Part shown: one piece after another, positions 10,695 to 20,075 of the stretch | Layout of the letters: every line of letters starts with the position of its first letter | Position numbering within the stretch: the first letter of the stretch is position 1 | Source: Patescibacteria group bacterium | Lineage (GTDB): Bacteria; Patescibacteriota; JAQUNI01 | Length of the DNA: 64,000 nt | Assembly: GCA_028717685.1 (NCBI GenBank) | Contig: JAQUNI010000002.1 | Span: 71,903 to 135,902, forward strand | Direction of reading: 5' to 3' | The notes under the pieces: generated by a model | The model's database searches: none | What the model saw: the letters and a program-made list of their open reading frames with translations, nothing else | Told to the model about the DNA's origin: nothing | Program-made: the position numbers and the translations under genes

Positions 10695-11246
10695 ATGTCT
10701 GAACAAGATTTAGAGATTCGGGGTATCCACTATATTAAGCGGCCGAGAAGGCAAAAAATTCTTGCCACAATAATACTGCTATTTTGCTCCTTCGCATTTT
10801 TAACAGTGTTCATTTTGGCTAAAAATGTCTATAACAGACTGCATCGGGTTAATCGTCCAAGCACTATATCCTTAGAAAAGCCGGCGAGCTATGTCCCAGA
10901 AGAGGTTAAGGTTATCAGTTTTTCATTAACACCCACAACTAAGGAGGAATTGAAAGCAGAAGTTTATCCGAATAAGAAACTATATACCAAGCATTCGGGA
11001 AAGCATTTTTATCAAGAAGATGACGTTAAATCTGAAGGAAATATTTCAGAAAATAACTTAGAAGACAACGTCAATCAAGAAGACTCATCAGATAATGCTC
11101 AAGACGATACCCAAATTACAGCAGATTCTGTTGAAAGCTCTGCCTTTGATCCAGAATATCGTTCCAATGTTGAAGACAAAACGCAAAAGATCAATGCTTT
11201 ATTGGAAAGTGTTGACCAAAAGCTTCAAAGCGAAGGAGGAGATTAA
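10695..11246 (+). CDS. hypothetical membrane protein (one TM, acidic C-terminus)
   Basis: 183 aa; TM helix ILATIILLFCSFAFLTVFILA. RBS GGAGG upstream. Confidence 0.45.
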   Translation: MSEQDLEIRGIHYIKRPRRQKILATIILLFCSFAFLTVFILAKNVYNRLHRVNRPSTISLEKPASYVPEEVKVISFSLTPTTKEELKAEVYPNKKLYTKHSGKHFYQEDDVKSEGNISENNLEDNVNQEDSSDNAQDDTQITADSVESSAFDPEYRSNVEDKTQKINALLESVDQKLQSEGGD

Positions 11247-11247
11247 G

Positions 11248-12291
11248 ATGAAAAGAGTAATATGTGTTCTAGCTATTGTTTTTGCCTGTTTAACTTTATT
11301 TATTCCAACGTCCTATAGTGTAACTAATCAAGAATTGCAGAAACAAATCAATGATCTTAGAGAAGCGTTAAATAATCATGTTGCGAATTGCGGCAATAAT
11401 AATGCCCAGTTTAAGAAGGATATGGAGTCAGCGCTTTCCCTACTTGAAAAAGCAATGCAACAGGTTGATACTTCGGCAAGTAACATCCAGTTAGTTCAGA
11501 AAGCCGTAGATGATCAGAGTAGGATTGTGCTCGCAGTGCAAAAAAAACAAGGCGAGCAAGATGCTAATGTTAAGAATATCCAAACCCAATATGTGAATCT
11601 TGAAAGTAAGGTGGATGCGTCTAACAGAAACCAGAAAGTAATTGCTGTGCAGGACCTTTTTGCCAAGAAACAGGAAGCTTTGGAAAAAGGGCAGTATGCT
11701 CTTGCGGAGAAATATGATGCTGCGATAGATGCTGCAACGAAAGAAGTTAGGCGGAAAAACCAAGTTGTGCGTTCATCCGATATTTCAGCAAATGTGGCGA
11801 GGACACGAGAGCGAGCAAAACAAGATAGCTTAAAAACCGAGGCAATAATTAGTCAGGCGTTAACTACGGCTGGTTTGAGAGAAGAGGATAGGGAGCTTCT
11901 TTGCCTTTATGATATTTATTCACAGGGATCTAGTTTGGGTCAATATAAAAGGTATCTTAAGGAAATTGATCAGGAGGCAAAGTTTACTCAGTTTGAACAG
12001 GTAGCAAGGCAACTTACTCAAGCGGGTATATTTAAACCAGGAATAGTGCGAATCAGGCTCGGAGAGAATAGTGGTACCGTAGTAGCGGATCCCCTTGATA
12101 TGCCGAGGATCTGCTCGAGAATGATAGCAAATTATAAAGAGAAAAGACTTACTAAACTCGGAGAGCCATATGTTACAAAAGTATCTCAAAAAGATCCGCC
12201 AAGAACTGCTTATAGAATTCAGCGAAAAGGTGCTGACCTCGATGGTTTCTATACAAAGATAGGTCGGAGCGGCAGAGATGATAGAGATTAG
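11248..12291 (+). CDS. secreted coiled-coil protein
   Basis: ATG at 11248 with GAAGGAGGA RBS. Signal peptide MKRVICVLAIVFACLTLFIPTSYS. The long track ORF from 11095 is an upstream in-frame extension. Confidence 0.5.
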   Translation: MKRVICVLAIVFACLTLFIPTSYSVTNQELQKQINDLREALNNHVANCGNNNAQFKKDMESALSLLEKAMQQVDTSASNIQLVQKAVDDQSRIVLAVQKKQGEQDANVKNIQTQYVNLESKVDASNRNQKVIAVQDLFAKKQEALEKGQYALAEKYDAAIDAATKEVRRKNQVVRSSDISANVARTRERAKQDSLKTEAIISQALTTAGLREEDRELLCLYDIYSQGSSLGQYKRYLKEIDQEAKFTQFEQVARQLTQAGIFKPGIVRIRLGENSGTVVADPLDMPRICSRMIANYKEKRLTKLGEPYVTKVSQKDPPRTAYRIQRKGADLDGFYTKIGRSGRDDRD

Positions 12292-12380
12292 GAGGACAAC
12301 ATATATCCAGGCGTCTCTGTTACCTTAGGCTCTTGATTCAAGGCAATTGATATCAAGAGCTATTTTTTTTAATGTCTTTA

Positions 12381-12514
12381 CCCCGTTAGAAACATGCCCC
12401 GCCCCGTTAGAAAATTTTTTCTAACGGGGCACGCAGCTAGGCTAGCGGTTAATATAGAAATATAGATAACTCGTGCGGTTGGGCTTAATGCCCCGCACGA
12501 GTTTCTAACGGGGT
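12381..12514. repeat. REP-like hairpin repeat cluster (CCCCGTTAGAAA / TTCTAACGGGG) with outward sigma70-like promoter
   Basis: Perfect 13-bp inverted repeat CCCCGTTAGAAAA/TTTTCTAACGGGG, second TTCTAACGGGG at ~12503. Followed by TTGACA-16-TAAAAT. Confidence 0.6.
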
Positions 12515-12758
12515 TGACAACCATTGGGGGTTTGGTAAAATAGAATTAAGTATATGACTAATGTGATTTCTAAGTTTAATAATAGTTCAAAAAACCTAGC
12601 CTTATTGTTGGTGGGCGTTTTGTTGCTGCCACTCGCGGGCTAGGTTTTTTCAATGTTTCAAATATCAGAAAATAAAAATCTAGCCCGGGAAAGGCTAGTT
12701 TTTTGTTTTTGTTTTTTTGGTTCTTTACTTAATCAAATTTTGTGATAGGAGGTATAAT

Positions 12759-13145
12759 ATGTACTCTTTGGAGTATCTGCAGGTCCTTGCCGGAACTCAA
12801 ACACCAGTTGTTGTACTGGGTTTAAAGAATGGAGATGAAGTGTTAAAGGAAGCAGCTTGTTGTGGGGATAATCTGTTGGATGCGGTGTTTAAAGCGGTAA
12901 ATAAGATGACGGATATTAATGCTAAGTTTATTGAGTGTTCTTTAAAGGTTTTAATGAAAGGTAGGGATATGATGGCGGAAGCGGTTATACATATCGCAGT
13001 CAATGGCGGAAAAAGCATTGGTCGTGGCACAAGCAAAGATATTGTAGAAGCAAGCACCAAGGCCTATCTTGCCGCTGTTAATAATCTTAATGGGAATAAA
13101 AATTCCCATAGGGGAAAAGGATTCCCGGCCAACTGCAACAGGTGA
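12759..13145 (+). CDS. standalone LeuA allosteric/dimerisation (LeuA_dimer) domain protein
   Basis: CGDNLLDAVFKAVNKM ... GRGTSKDIVEASTKAYLAAVNNL matches the C-terminal regulatory domain of 2-isopropylmalate/citramalate synthase. No catalytic TIM barrel. Alternative start at 12717. Confidence 0.55.
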   Translation: MYSLEYLQVLAGTQTPVVVLGLKNGDEVLKEAACCGDNLLDAVFKAVNKMTDINAKFIECSLKVLMKGRDMMAEAVIHIAVNGGKSIGRGTSKDIVEASTKAYLAAVNNLNGNKNSHRGKGFPANCNR

Positions 13146-13629
13146 TAAAAGCAGTGTCCACTATTACCCCTTCAAAGTAGCAATCATCAAAGCTCACAAA
13201 GAGCGATCCTCTTTGCGGTGCCTAGAGTGTACCCGAGCAGTTATCCTGCACAATTGGGATAGCAGGTGATTCGCCATGTTAAAGAACTTCGTTCTCTAAC
13301 GGGGTTTGCTGCTTTGGGCAGGTTCGCTAAAAAAGAAGTTTTTTCTTTTTATGAACCTGCCTTTTTATTTTTTAGTTGTGTTCCACACTTTATGTTTTAT
13401 CCACAGTTTTATTTGACAAATATTTTTCTTTTAATTAGACTATTAAAGGTATGAATAACCTCAAGTTTCAAAAATATATCCGCACCATTAAATCCGATTT
13501 TCTGGACCGGCTAGTTTTGTGATGTGAAAACACAAATTAATCGTGAAACTAGCTGGTCTTGAAAAACAAGACCAGTTTTATTTTGTTCATTTTCCGGAAT
13601 AATATAACAAATAGAAAGGAGGAAATGGG

Positions 13630-13854
13630 TTGATGTCTAAAGATCCCCTGGAATCGTATCGTATGCAGATTGGCGAAGCATTGCGTTCTTTGCACATAGG
13701 AGAAATGACAGCAGAAGAATTTCGAAGATCCATTGAGAAGATTATTAATCAGGTATACAGCGATCCAGTAGTGCAGAATAATAGTTCTTTACATGTGGAC
13801 GGTTTAAAGCAATATGCCGCCACAGTATCTTCTTCTTGTGCGCCCGGAGAATAA
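13630..13854 (+). CDS. hypothetical small protein
   Basis: 74 aa; AGGAGG 7 nt upstream. Confidence 0.35.
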   Translation: MMSKDPLESYRMQIGEALRSLHIGEMTAEEFRRSIEKIINQVYSDPVVQNNSSLHVDGLKQYAATVSSSCAPGE

Positions 13855-14010
13855 TTTTTTCTTCGGGTTTTTATTTAATTAAAAAATTTTTTCGTTTTAC
13901 ATTTTCATTTTGTTTTTCTCATTTTACATTTTTGATTTTTATAGTTTATCCACAATTTTTTATTTTAAAAACTTTTTTTTTGTTGTATAATAAAAACATC
14001 AAAGGAGGAA

Positions 14011-14061
14011 ATGAAAATAAAAAGAAAAAAGTTCGCAAAAGTTTTTTACCTTCCTGCCTAA
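14011..14061 (+). CDS. tiny basic peptide (16 aa, MKIKRKKFAKVFYLPA)
   Basis: AAAGGAGGAA RBS 3 nt upstream of ATG; TATAAT-like box upstream. Not in the ORF track because of length. Confidence 0.3.
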   Translation: MKIKRKKFAKVFYLPA

Positions 14062-14198
14062 ATTTTTTAAAAAAACTTTGGTGGGAAAGAGAAAATTTTT
14101 GAGGAAAAGTTTTTGAAGAAAGAAATCCTTTTGATTAAAATTATTTTTTTATTTTTTGTCGCAAAGATAAAAAATAATAAGAAGGGAGGTGATCGCAA

Positions 14199-14273
14199 AT
14201 GGCAAAAAAAAAGAAAGCTACAAAGAAGCGCAAAACCACGAAGAAGAAAACTGCGCGAAAGAAGAAACGTTAG
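14199..14273 (+). CDS. tiny highly basic peptide (24 aa, MAKKKKATKKRKTTKKKTARKKKR)
   Basis: AAGGGAGGTGA RBS 7 nt upstream of ATG. Protamine/histone-tail-like composition. Confidence 0.35.
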   Translation: MAKKKKATKKRKTTKKKTARKKKR

Positions 14274-14413
14274 AAAAAATGAATAAAGGGTGGGCTTATG
14301 GTGAGTATATCTTTTATGGTTGATCCGGGGTCGGGCAATTTCTTACTGTTTTTGCAGGATGATTTTTGGGTTAGAAAAAAAATCAATATCAAGATTTGAT
14401 TAAAGAGAGTCCT

Positions 14414-14443
14414 TGACAATATTTTATGGTGAGTTATAATGCT
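14414..14443 (+). promoter_or_regulatory. sigma70-like promoter (TTGACA-16-TATAAT)
   Basis: TTGACAATATTTTATGGTGAGTTATAAT, followed ~130 bp later by a hairpin + T-tract terminator (GACCGGCTAATTAAGCCGGTTTTTTTT at ~14570-14600). Confidence 0.5.
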
Positions 14444-14679
14444 TTTAAGAGCTATGGAAAATAATATTTCACAAAATAATTTATTTTTTGATTTTTGGTT
14501 TTATAACCGACTTTCGCCGGCCTGATTTTTAGCAGAGACAGGTTTAAAACCTGTCTTACACTAGAAACTAGACCGGCTAATTAAGCCGGTTTTTTTTGTT
14601 CTTTGAATTTAATAACGTTTGCAGGGTTTCGGTGGGTTAGTTTGGTAAAATTGACATTTCCAAAAAAGGAGAGATAAGA

Positions 14680-15963
14680 ATGTTGAATTTAGATTTTTTA
14701 GCGGAAAATTATCTTGGCAAATTCCCTCTGGAATTGAAGCGAGGAAAAAGATGGATTGGTGCGGAGCGCGAGTTTCCGGTTATTGATCAAGATGGCCAAC
14801 CTTTTGATGTGCGGAGTATTTTTCCTGTTTTAGTCCAAGGAGGATGGAAGCCTTATTATGATGATTGTTATTCTGATGTGGTCTTGGGGGTTGAGAAAGA
14901 CGGCGTAAACATTACGACCGACGCAGGCTATTGCACTTTAGAAGTTAGCCTTCCTCCTCTCCCAGACTTATGGAAGGTAGTAGGAGCCTTTAATGATTGC
15001 ATGCGCTATATTTGCAAAGTCATTTATAGGCATGGTGGGCTGGTGCTCGGATATGGCATTCAACCTTGCGCTGTTCCCAGTGATCTTTATTGGGTTAAGA
15101 AAGGGCGGCATGAAGTCGTGCGCACAAATTATCCAGAAAGTATTAATAATGTAACGATAACTGCGGCTCATCAAACCCATATTGATATTACGCAGGCGGA
15201 GGTTGTCCAGTTTACAAATGCATATAATGCTTTAGCTGGGTTAATGATTATTTTGTGCGCTAATTCGCCTGTTTGGTCAGGGGGTATTGATAAGAAGGGC
15301 CGACTAGCAGTGAGGGAGGACCATTGGAGTTTTTCTAATGGCGGCAGAGTGGGTGTGCCATATGAAAAGTTTCGGGATATAAATCACCTTATGAGTTATG
15401 TATGCGGTTTAAAGATGCTAGTTACTCAACGAGGCAAGGGCGAATATTTTGCTCCGGGAGTTAATTTTGGACAATATCTTTCTAATGACGGGGGAATAGA
15501 GTCTTTTGAATCTCGTTATCTTTTGCATGAAGGGACAGTTTGGTTTTGCGCGCGGCCGCGCGTGCCTTATGGAACCATAGAGGTGCGTCCTTGCTGCGCT
15601 CAGCCCCAGCAAGAAAACATGACAGTAGATGCTCTGACGCTTGGTATTGCAGAATTGATTGATGAGACAGAACGAGAGATTATTAACGACTTTTCCTGGC
15701 AGGACTGGCGGGCATTAAGAGAAGACGCCATCTTTTCCGGCTTTGACGCTAAGATAGGTGGCAGATCGGTTGTTCCATACCTGTCTAAACTTCTGGATTT
15801 AGCCGCAGAAGGGTTAGCCAAGAGAGGTTTATACGAGAAAAGTTTTTTAGCTCCTCTTTATGGAAGATTGGCAGCGAAACGTAATCCTGCTCACCAAGCA
15901 GTGGCTCTTTTTTCAACTGGCGGGACAAAGGTTTTAATTGATAAGCTTTGTTACCGTTTTTAG
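14680..15963 (+). CDS. glutamate--cysteine ligase-like carboxylate-amine ligase (GCS/glutamine-synthetase fold)
   Basis: IGAEREFPVID, CTLEVSLPP, TIEVRPCCAQP resemble gamma-GCS/YbdK motifs. AAGGAG RBS. Confidence 0.5.
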   Translation: MLNLDFLAENYLGKFPLELKRGKRWIGAEREFPVIDQDGQPFDVRSIFPVLVQGGWKPYYDDCYSDVVLGVEKDGVNITTDAGYCTLEVSLPPLPDLWKVVGAFNDCMRYICKVIYRHGGLVLGYGIQPCAVPSDLYWVKKGRHEVVRTNYPESINNVTITAAHQTHIDITQAEVVQFTNAYNALAGLMIILCANSPVWSGGIDKKGRLAVREDHWSFSNGGRVGVPYEKFRDINHLMSYVCGLKMLVTQRGKGEYFAPGVNFGQYLSNDGGIESFESRYLLHEGTVWFCARPRVPYGTIEVRPCCAQPQQENMTVDALTLGIAELIDETEREIINDFSWQDWRALREDAIFSGFDAKIGGRSVVPYLSKLLDLAAEGLAKRGLYEKSFLAPLYGRLAAKRNPAHQAVALFSTGGTKVLIDKLCYRF

Positions 15964-16058
15964 TAGATGGGGATTTGTTGGGTTATTTTTTCAAGGCAAC
16001 AAATCCCCCTATTTTTAAAAATATTTATTTTTATATATTTAGATTTTATCTTAGTAAC

Positions 16059-17132
16059 ATGGTAAATCCAAAAAGATTACGCAATATATTTTTTAAGCTA
16101 GTTCGTATTGATAGCCCAACAGGCGAAGAGAATGAAGCGATTCGCGAGGTTTTAGATTATTTGCGAAGATTGCGTTTACGTCCGGTAAAAGATAAGGCGG
16201 GTAATATTTTTGTTTCCGTGCCGGGTCGAGGCACGCCTCTGCTTTTAGAAGCGCATTTAGATACAGTAGAGCCGGGACGAGGAATCATTCCTTATCAAAG
16301 GGACGAGTATTTTTATTCCGAGGGCGATAATATCTTGGGTGCGGATGATAAAGCCAGTGTAGCAATAATTTTAGAACTGTTAAATTTAATCCGCGAAAAT
16401 AATTTAAAGTGTCGACCTTTGGAAATTGTTTTTTCCACGGGAGAGGAGGGAGGATCGGTTGGAATTAGCAAATTTAATTTCCGTAAGATAAAAGCGCGGG
16501 AAGCAATTGGTATGGATAGGGCAAAAAGAGTGGGGATTATTACTTCCGCTTCGCCACACATCAAATCTTTTGAATTAACTATTATAGGTAAGTCCTCTCA
16601 TGCCGGAGCGGAGCCAGAAAAAGGGATCAATGCAATTGTACTCGCAGCCAAAGTAATCAGTCGGTTAGTAGTCGGTAGAATTGATCAGGAAACAACTTTT
16701 AATATTGGTTTAATTTCCGGCGGGCAAGGGACGAATATTGTTCCCGAGCAAGTGGTTTTTAAGGGAGATATTCGCAGCTTTAGTAGAGCCAAACTTGAGC
16801 GATCGATAAAGAAAATGAAGAAAGCAGCACAAGATGAATGTATTAAAGAGAAAGCACGCTATAAGTTAAAAATTGTTAGAGAGGTCGCGGGGTACAAACA
16901 CCGACCCTCCGATTCTTTAGTAAAACAAGTTTGTAAAGCGATGCGCAAAGTGGGAATTACTTCTGAACTTACTATTTCTACTGGCGCCTCTGATTTAAAT
17001 ATTATTAACGAGCATCAGATTAAAGCAGTAGAAATTGCAAACGGCGTCAGGGACGCTCATACTAAAAAAGAGCGAGTCAGAATTAAAGATTTAATCAAGA
17101 TAACGGAAATTTTATTAGAAATTATCAAGTGA
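16059..17132 (+). CDS. M20 family metallopeptidase (PepT/ArgE/DapE-like)
   Basis: LLEAHLDTVEPG, GADDKASVA, STGEEGG metal-binding motifs. Start taken at MVNPKRL; the track ORF begins 111 nt upstream. Confidence 0.65.
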   Translation: MVNPKRLRNIFFKLVRIDSPTGEENEAIREVLDYLRRLRLRPVKDKAGNIFVSVPGRGTPLLLEAHLDTVEPGRGIIPYQRDEYFYSEGDNILGADDKASVAIILELLNLIRENNLKCRPLEIVFSTGEEGGSVGISKFNFRKIKAREAIGMDRAKRVGIITSASPHIKSFELTIIGKSSHAGAEPEKGINAIVLAAKVISRLVVGRIDQETTFNIGLISGGQGTNIVPEQVVFKGDIRSFSRAKLERSIKKMKKAAQDECIKEKARYKLKIVREVAGYKHRPSDSLVKQVCKAMRKVGITSELTISTGASDLNIINEHQIKAVEIANGVRDAHTKKERVRIKDLIKITEILLEIIK

Positions 17133-17278
17133 TTTTTGCAAAAAATCATTAGTATTTTAGCTTGGTTTTATTTCCCTTATAAAATAAAAAAGACTCGGCG
17201 CAGATATTGATTTTTTTGAGCCAAGTCTCTATATGAAGTTATTGGACGAGGAGCGGTATTTTTTATGTATCAAAGTTT

Positions 17279-18046
17279 TTATTGTAAAGATTTAATAAAT
17301 TCCTTGGCGATTTTTTCTTGACCCTGCAGGTTGGGGTGCAAGCAGTCATAATCACTGACGTCGTTCTGATTTAAAATAGGATAGAGATCAATAAGGGTGC
17401 AATTATACTCTTCCGCCACATCTTTGATGGTTTGATTCCAAGCTTCAAGATTTTGGGGTGTAAAATTTTCCAGCCTCAAACCAATTTTATTTGTTTGGCA
17501 AGCAGGTCCTCCTCCTTTACGCATTTGATTTATATTCGGTATAGTGGCGAGAAGGATCATAATATCTTCTTTTTTTAACTGCGAAACAATCTGGCGCAGA
17601 TTATTTTTAAATACAGCTAAAGAAACATTGCTCCCTAAATCCGGACCGCCGGTTAATAAAGTAATATAGCGAGGGTGGTAGCTTGAGGCATTGGGCACTT
17701 GTTTTGCGAGAATATCTTTACTGGTGGCGCCTGAAGAGGCTAAGTTGACAGCGGTCAAGTTTTCACCTTTTTCTTTTAAATATTGATAAGCACTATTAAT
17801 TTGCGCGCCTGTAGAAAAACTGTATTCTTCGTGATCTCCTTGAAGAGCGCTGGAAAGATTGTTAGCTTTGGTCATACTGTCACCCAAAGCCACAAATTTA
17901 CGTTCTTGTTCTGGGGTTTGGGTCTGGGGTTTTTCTGAAGGAGGAAGTGAAGTAGGGGTCTGATTTTTAGAGACGCAGCCAGTAAAAAACAAAACGCTTA
18001 CTAGAAAGCAAGATAGAAGCAGAATAGAGGAGAAAATTTTTTTCAT
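17279..18046 (-). CDS. SGNH/GDSL hydrolase family lipoprotein
   Basis: Signal + lipobox FTGC; ALGDS (GDS block), GG block, DCLHPN (DxxH). Confidence 0.65.
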   Translation of the reverse strand: MKKIFSSILLLSCFLVSVLFFTGCVSKNQTPTSLPPSEKPQTQTPEQERKFVALGDSMTKANNLSSALQGDHEEYSFSTGAQINSAYQYLKEKGENLTAVNLASSGATSKDILAKQVPNASSYHPRYITLLTGGPDLGSNVSLAVFKNNLRQIVSQLKKEDIMILLATIPNINQMRKGGGPACQTNKIGLRLENFTPQNLEAWNQTIKDVAEEYNCTLIDLYPILNQNDVSDYDCLHPNLQGQEKIAKEFIKSLQ

Positions 18047-18194
18047 ATTTTTATGTTTCTTTAATATACTGATATTCTGTATATTTCTTGATAGTGAATC
18101 TTAAAGGAAATTCAACGAGAGATCTGTCGGATAGTTTTATTTTACCACAAATTAAGTACTCTTGACACGATTTTAGTCATCAGTTAAGATTGTA

Positions 18195-18223
18195 GTATAC
18201 CCATACCTATGGTATAGGTATAC
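18195..18223. promoter_or_regulatory. candidate CsoR operator (near-palindrome ATACCCATACC/TATGGTATAGGTAT)
   Basis: GTATACCCATACCTATGGTATAGGTATAC located 29 nt upstream of the csoR ATG. CsoR-family operators are ATACC-type pseudo-palindromes. Confidence 0.45.
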
Positions 18224-18251
18224 AGAGAATTTAAAATATTAAATTAAAAAT

Positions 18252-18524
18252 ATGGAGAATATGAAACAGAAAACCCTTATTAACTTTAAAAAGGCACAAA
18301 GCCTTTTGGCAAAAATCGCTCAAATGGTCGAGCAAGATCAATATTGCATTGATATTATGCAGCAGAATTTAGCCGTAATTGGTCTTTTAAGGTCAGCCCA
18401 TGAGATGCTGATGGAAAATCATCTGAACACTTGCTTTAAAAAGGCAATGGAAACCAAAAATGAGGCAAGAAAGCAGGAAATGATTCAGGAGATTTTGAAA
18501 GTCACTAAATTATTCAATAAATAA
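18252..18524 (+). CDS. csoR: CsoR/RcnR/FrmR-family metal-sensing transcriptional repressor
   Basis: 90 aa; DQYCIDIMQQ ... HEMLMENHLNTC carries the C-H-C metal-ligand pattern (DUF156). Confidence 0.75.
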   Translation: MENMKQKTLINFKKAQSLLAKIAQMVEQDQYCIDIMQQNLAVIGLLRSAHEMLMENHLNTCFKKAMETKNEARKQEMIQEILKVTKLFNK

Positions 18525-18556
18525 ATCTCGGGCTAGCCGAGGATAAATAAAAAGAT

Positions 18557-20017
18557 ATGCTTCAAAAAATCAAAATAAAGATTGAGGGTCTGCACTGTTC
18601 AAGCTGTAAAACTTTAATTGAAACCAGGGTTGCCACCTTGCCGGGGGTCAAGAGTATTAATGTAGATTATCAAGCGGGTAGGGGTTATGTTGAATTTAGG
18701 GAAGATGAGATTTCTCAAGAGATTATTTTTAAAACAATTAAACAATTAAATTACAAAGTTAGCGAAGAATTTAATTCTGAAGAATCTTCAGAGCCAAAGA
18801 GAGTAAAAGGGTCTTGGTTTAAAAAATTAACACTCGCTTCGCTTTTTTTGATTCTGTTTTTGTTAGGATATTTTTTAGTCCAAAAATTCGGCGGATGGGA
18901 GCTATTAGCCCGGTTGAATGAAAAAAATTTAAGTTATGGTTTGATTTTTCTGATTGGATTTCTCGCTAGTTTTCATTGCATAGGGATGTGCGGAGGGCTG
19001 GTGGTTGCTTACACGACTCACCAAATCGCTAAAAGCGAAAACCGCAGATTGTCCTCGTCCCATTTACAATATAATTTAGGCAGGTTGATTTCTTACACCG
19101 CAATTGGCGCTATTCTGGGCGGCTTCGGTTCATTTTTCGGTATCAATCCTACTTTCACGGGAATAATGACTTTATCGGCGGCAGGGTTTATGATTATAAT
19201 GGGTTTGTCTTTATTGACTAATTTTCGGTGGCTCCAAAGAGTGAAACTAAAAACCCCTGCTTTTATCGCCAGATTTCTATACCGCCAGAATCAAAGCCGC
19301 AGACCTAAAGGACCTTTTATAATTGGGCTTTTAAATGGTTTAATGCCTTGCGGACCTTTGCAAGCAATGCAACTTTACGCTTTAGCTTCGGGCAGCGCGG
19401 CTAGAGGGGCTTTGAGTCTTGGAATTTATGCTTTGGGTACAATCCCTTTAATGTTTGGCTTGGGAAGTTTTGTTTCTCTTCTTAATCAAGAAAAGATCAA
19501 ATGGATGATGAAATTTTCCGGAGTGGTCGTGATTATTTTAGGCCTTCTGATGTTTAATCGGGGTTTGGCTGGTTTTGGCAAGGAAGTTTCCACGCCGAAT
19601 TCTTCCTCCCCGCTTCAGGAGCCTAAAGTAATGAGTGAAAAGGAAGGGTATCAGACTGTGAAAATGGATTTAACTTACCGCGGCTATGTGCCTAATGTTC
19701 TATATGTTCAAGCCGGTGTCCCTGTGCGTTGGGTAATTGATGTGAAACAAATGAGCGGCTGCACGAAGGAAATTTTGGTAGAAAAGTTAGGCATTAGCAG
19801 AGAATTGCAATATGGTGAGAATGTGATTGAATTTACTCCCCGAGAGGTGGGGGAAATTAAATTTAGTTGCGGGATGAAAATGGTTTGGGGGAAATTTATA
19901 GTAACAAAAGAAGCGGGAGGGGGAGTAAATAGTCCTGATCCCGCAAAAAGCGTAGAAGGAGAATCTTCGGACAATCCCAGGGGGACAGGGGGAGGATGTG
20001 GATGTGGATCTCAATAA
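18557..20017 (+). CDS. copper-handling membrane protein: HMA domain + DsbD_2/TauE-like permease + C-terminal cupredoxin-like domain
   Basis: N-terminal GLHCSSCK (HMA), membrane core with HCIGMCGG and MPCGP motifs, C-terminal beta-rich segment with [13 protein letters not shown]-rich tail. Confidence 0.55.
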   Translation: MLQKIKIKIEGLHCSSCKTLIETRVATLPGVKSINVDYQAGRGYVEFREDEISQEIIFKTIKQLNYKVSEEFNSEESSEPKRVKGSWFKKLTLASLFLILFLLGYFLVQKFGGWELLARLNEKNLSYGLIFLIGFLASFHCIGMCGGLVVAYTTHQIAKSENRRLSSSHLQYNLGRLISYTAIGAILGGFGSFFGINPTFTGIMTLSAAGFMIIMGLSLLTNFRWLQRVKLKTPAFIARFLYRQNQSRRPKGPFIIGLLNGLMPCGPLQAMQLYALASGSAARGALSLGIYALGTIPLMFGLGSFVSLLNQEKIKWMMKFSGVVVIILGLLMFNRGLAGFGKEVSTPNSSSPLQEPKVMSEKEGYQTVKMDLTYRGYVPNVLYVQAGVPVRWVIDVKQMSGCTKEILVEKLGISRELQYGENVIEFTPREVGEIKFSCGMKMVWGKFIVTKEAGGGVNSPDPAKSVEGESSDNPRGTGGGCGCGSQ

Positions 20018-20075
20018 ATCCAAAATCAATGAAATAAATATTAATATTGCTATTTATAAACCTCACCAAAATATT

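Noticed and set aside
12381-12530. Possible CRISPR array suggested by recurring CCCCGTTAGAAA / TTCTAACGGGG units
   Set aside because: Units are inverted relative to each other, spacing is irregular, only 2-3 units per locus, and there are no cas genes. They behave as REP-like hairpins.
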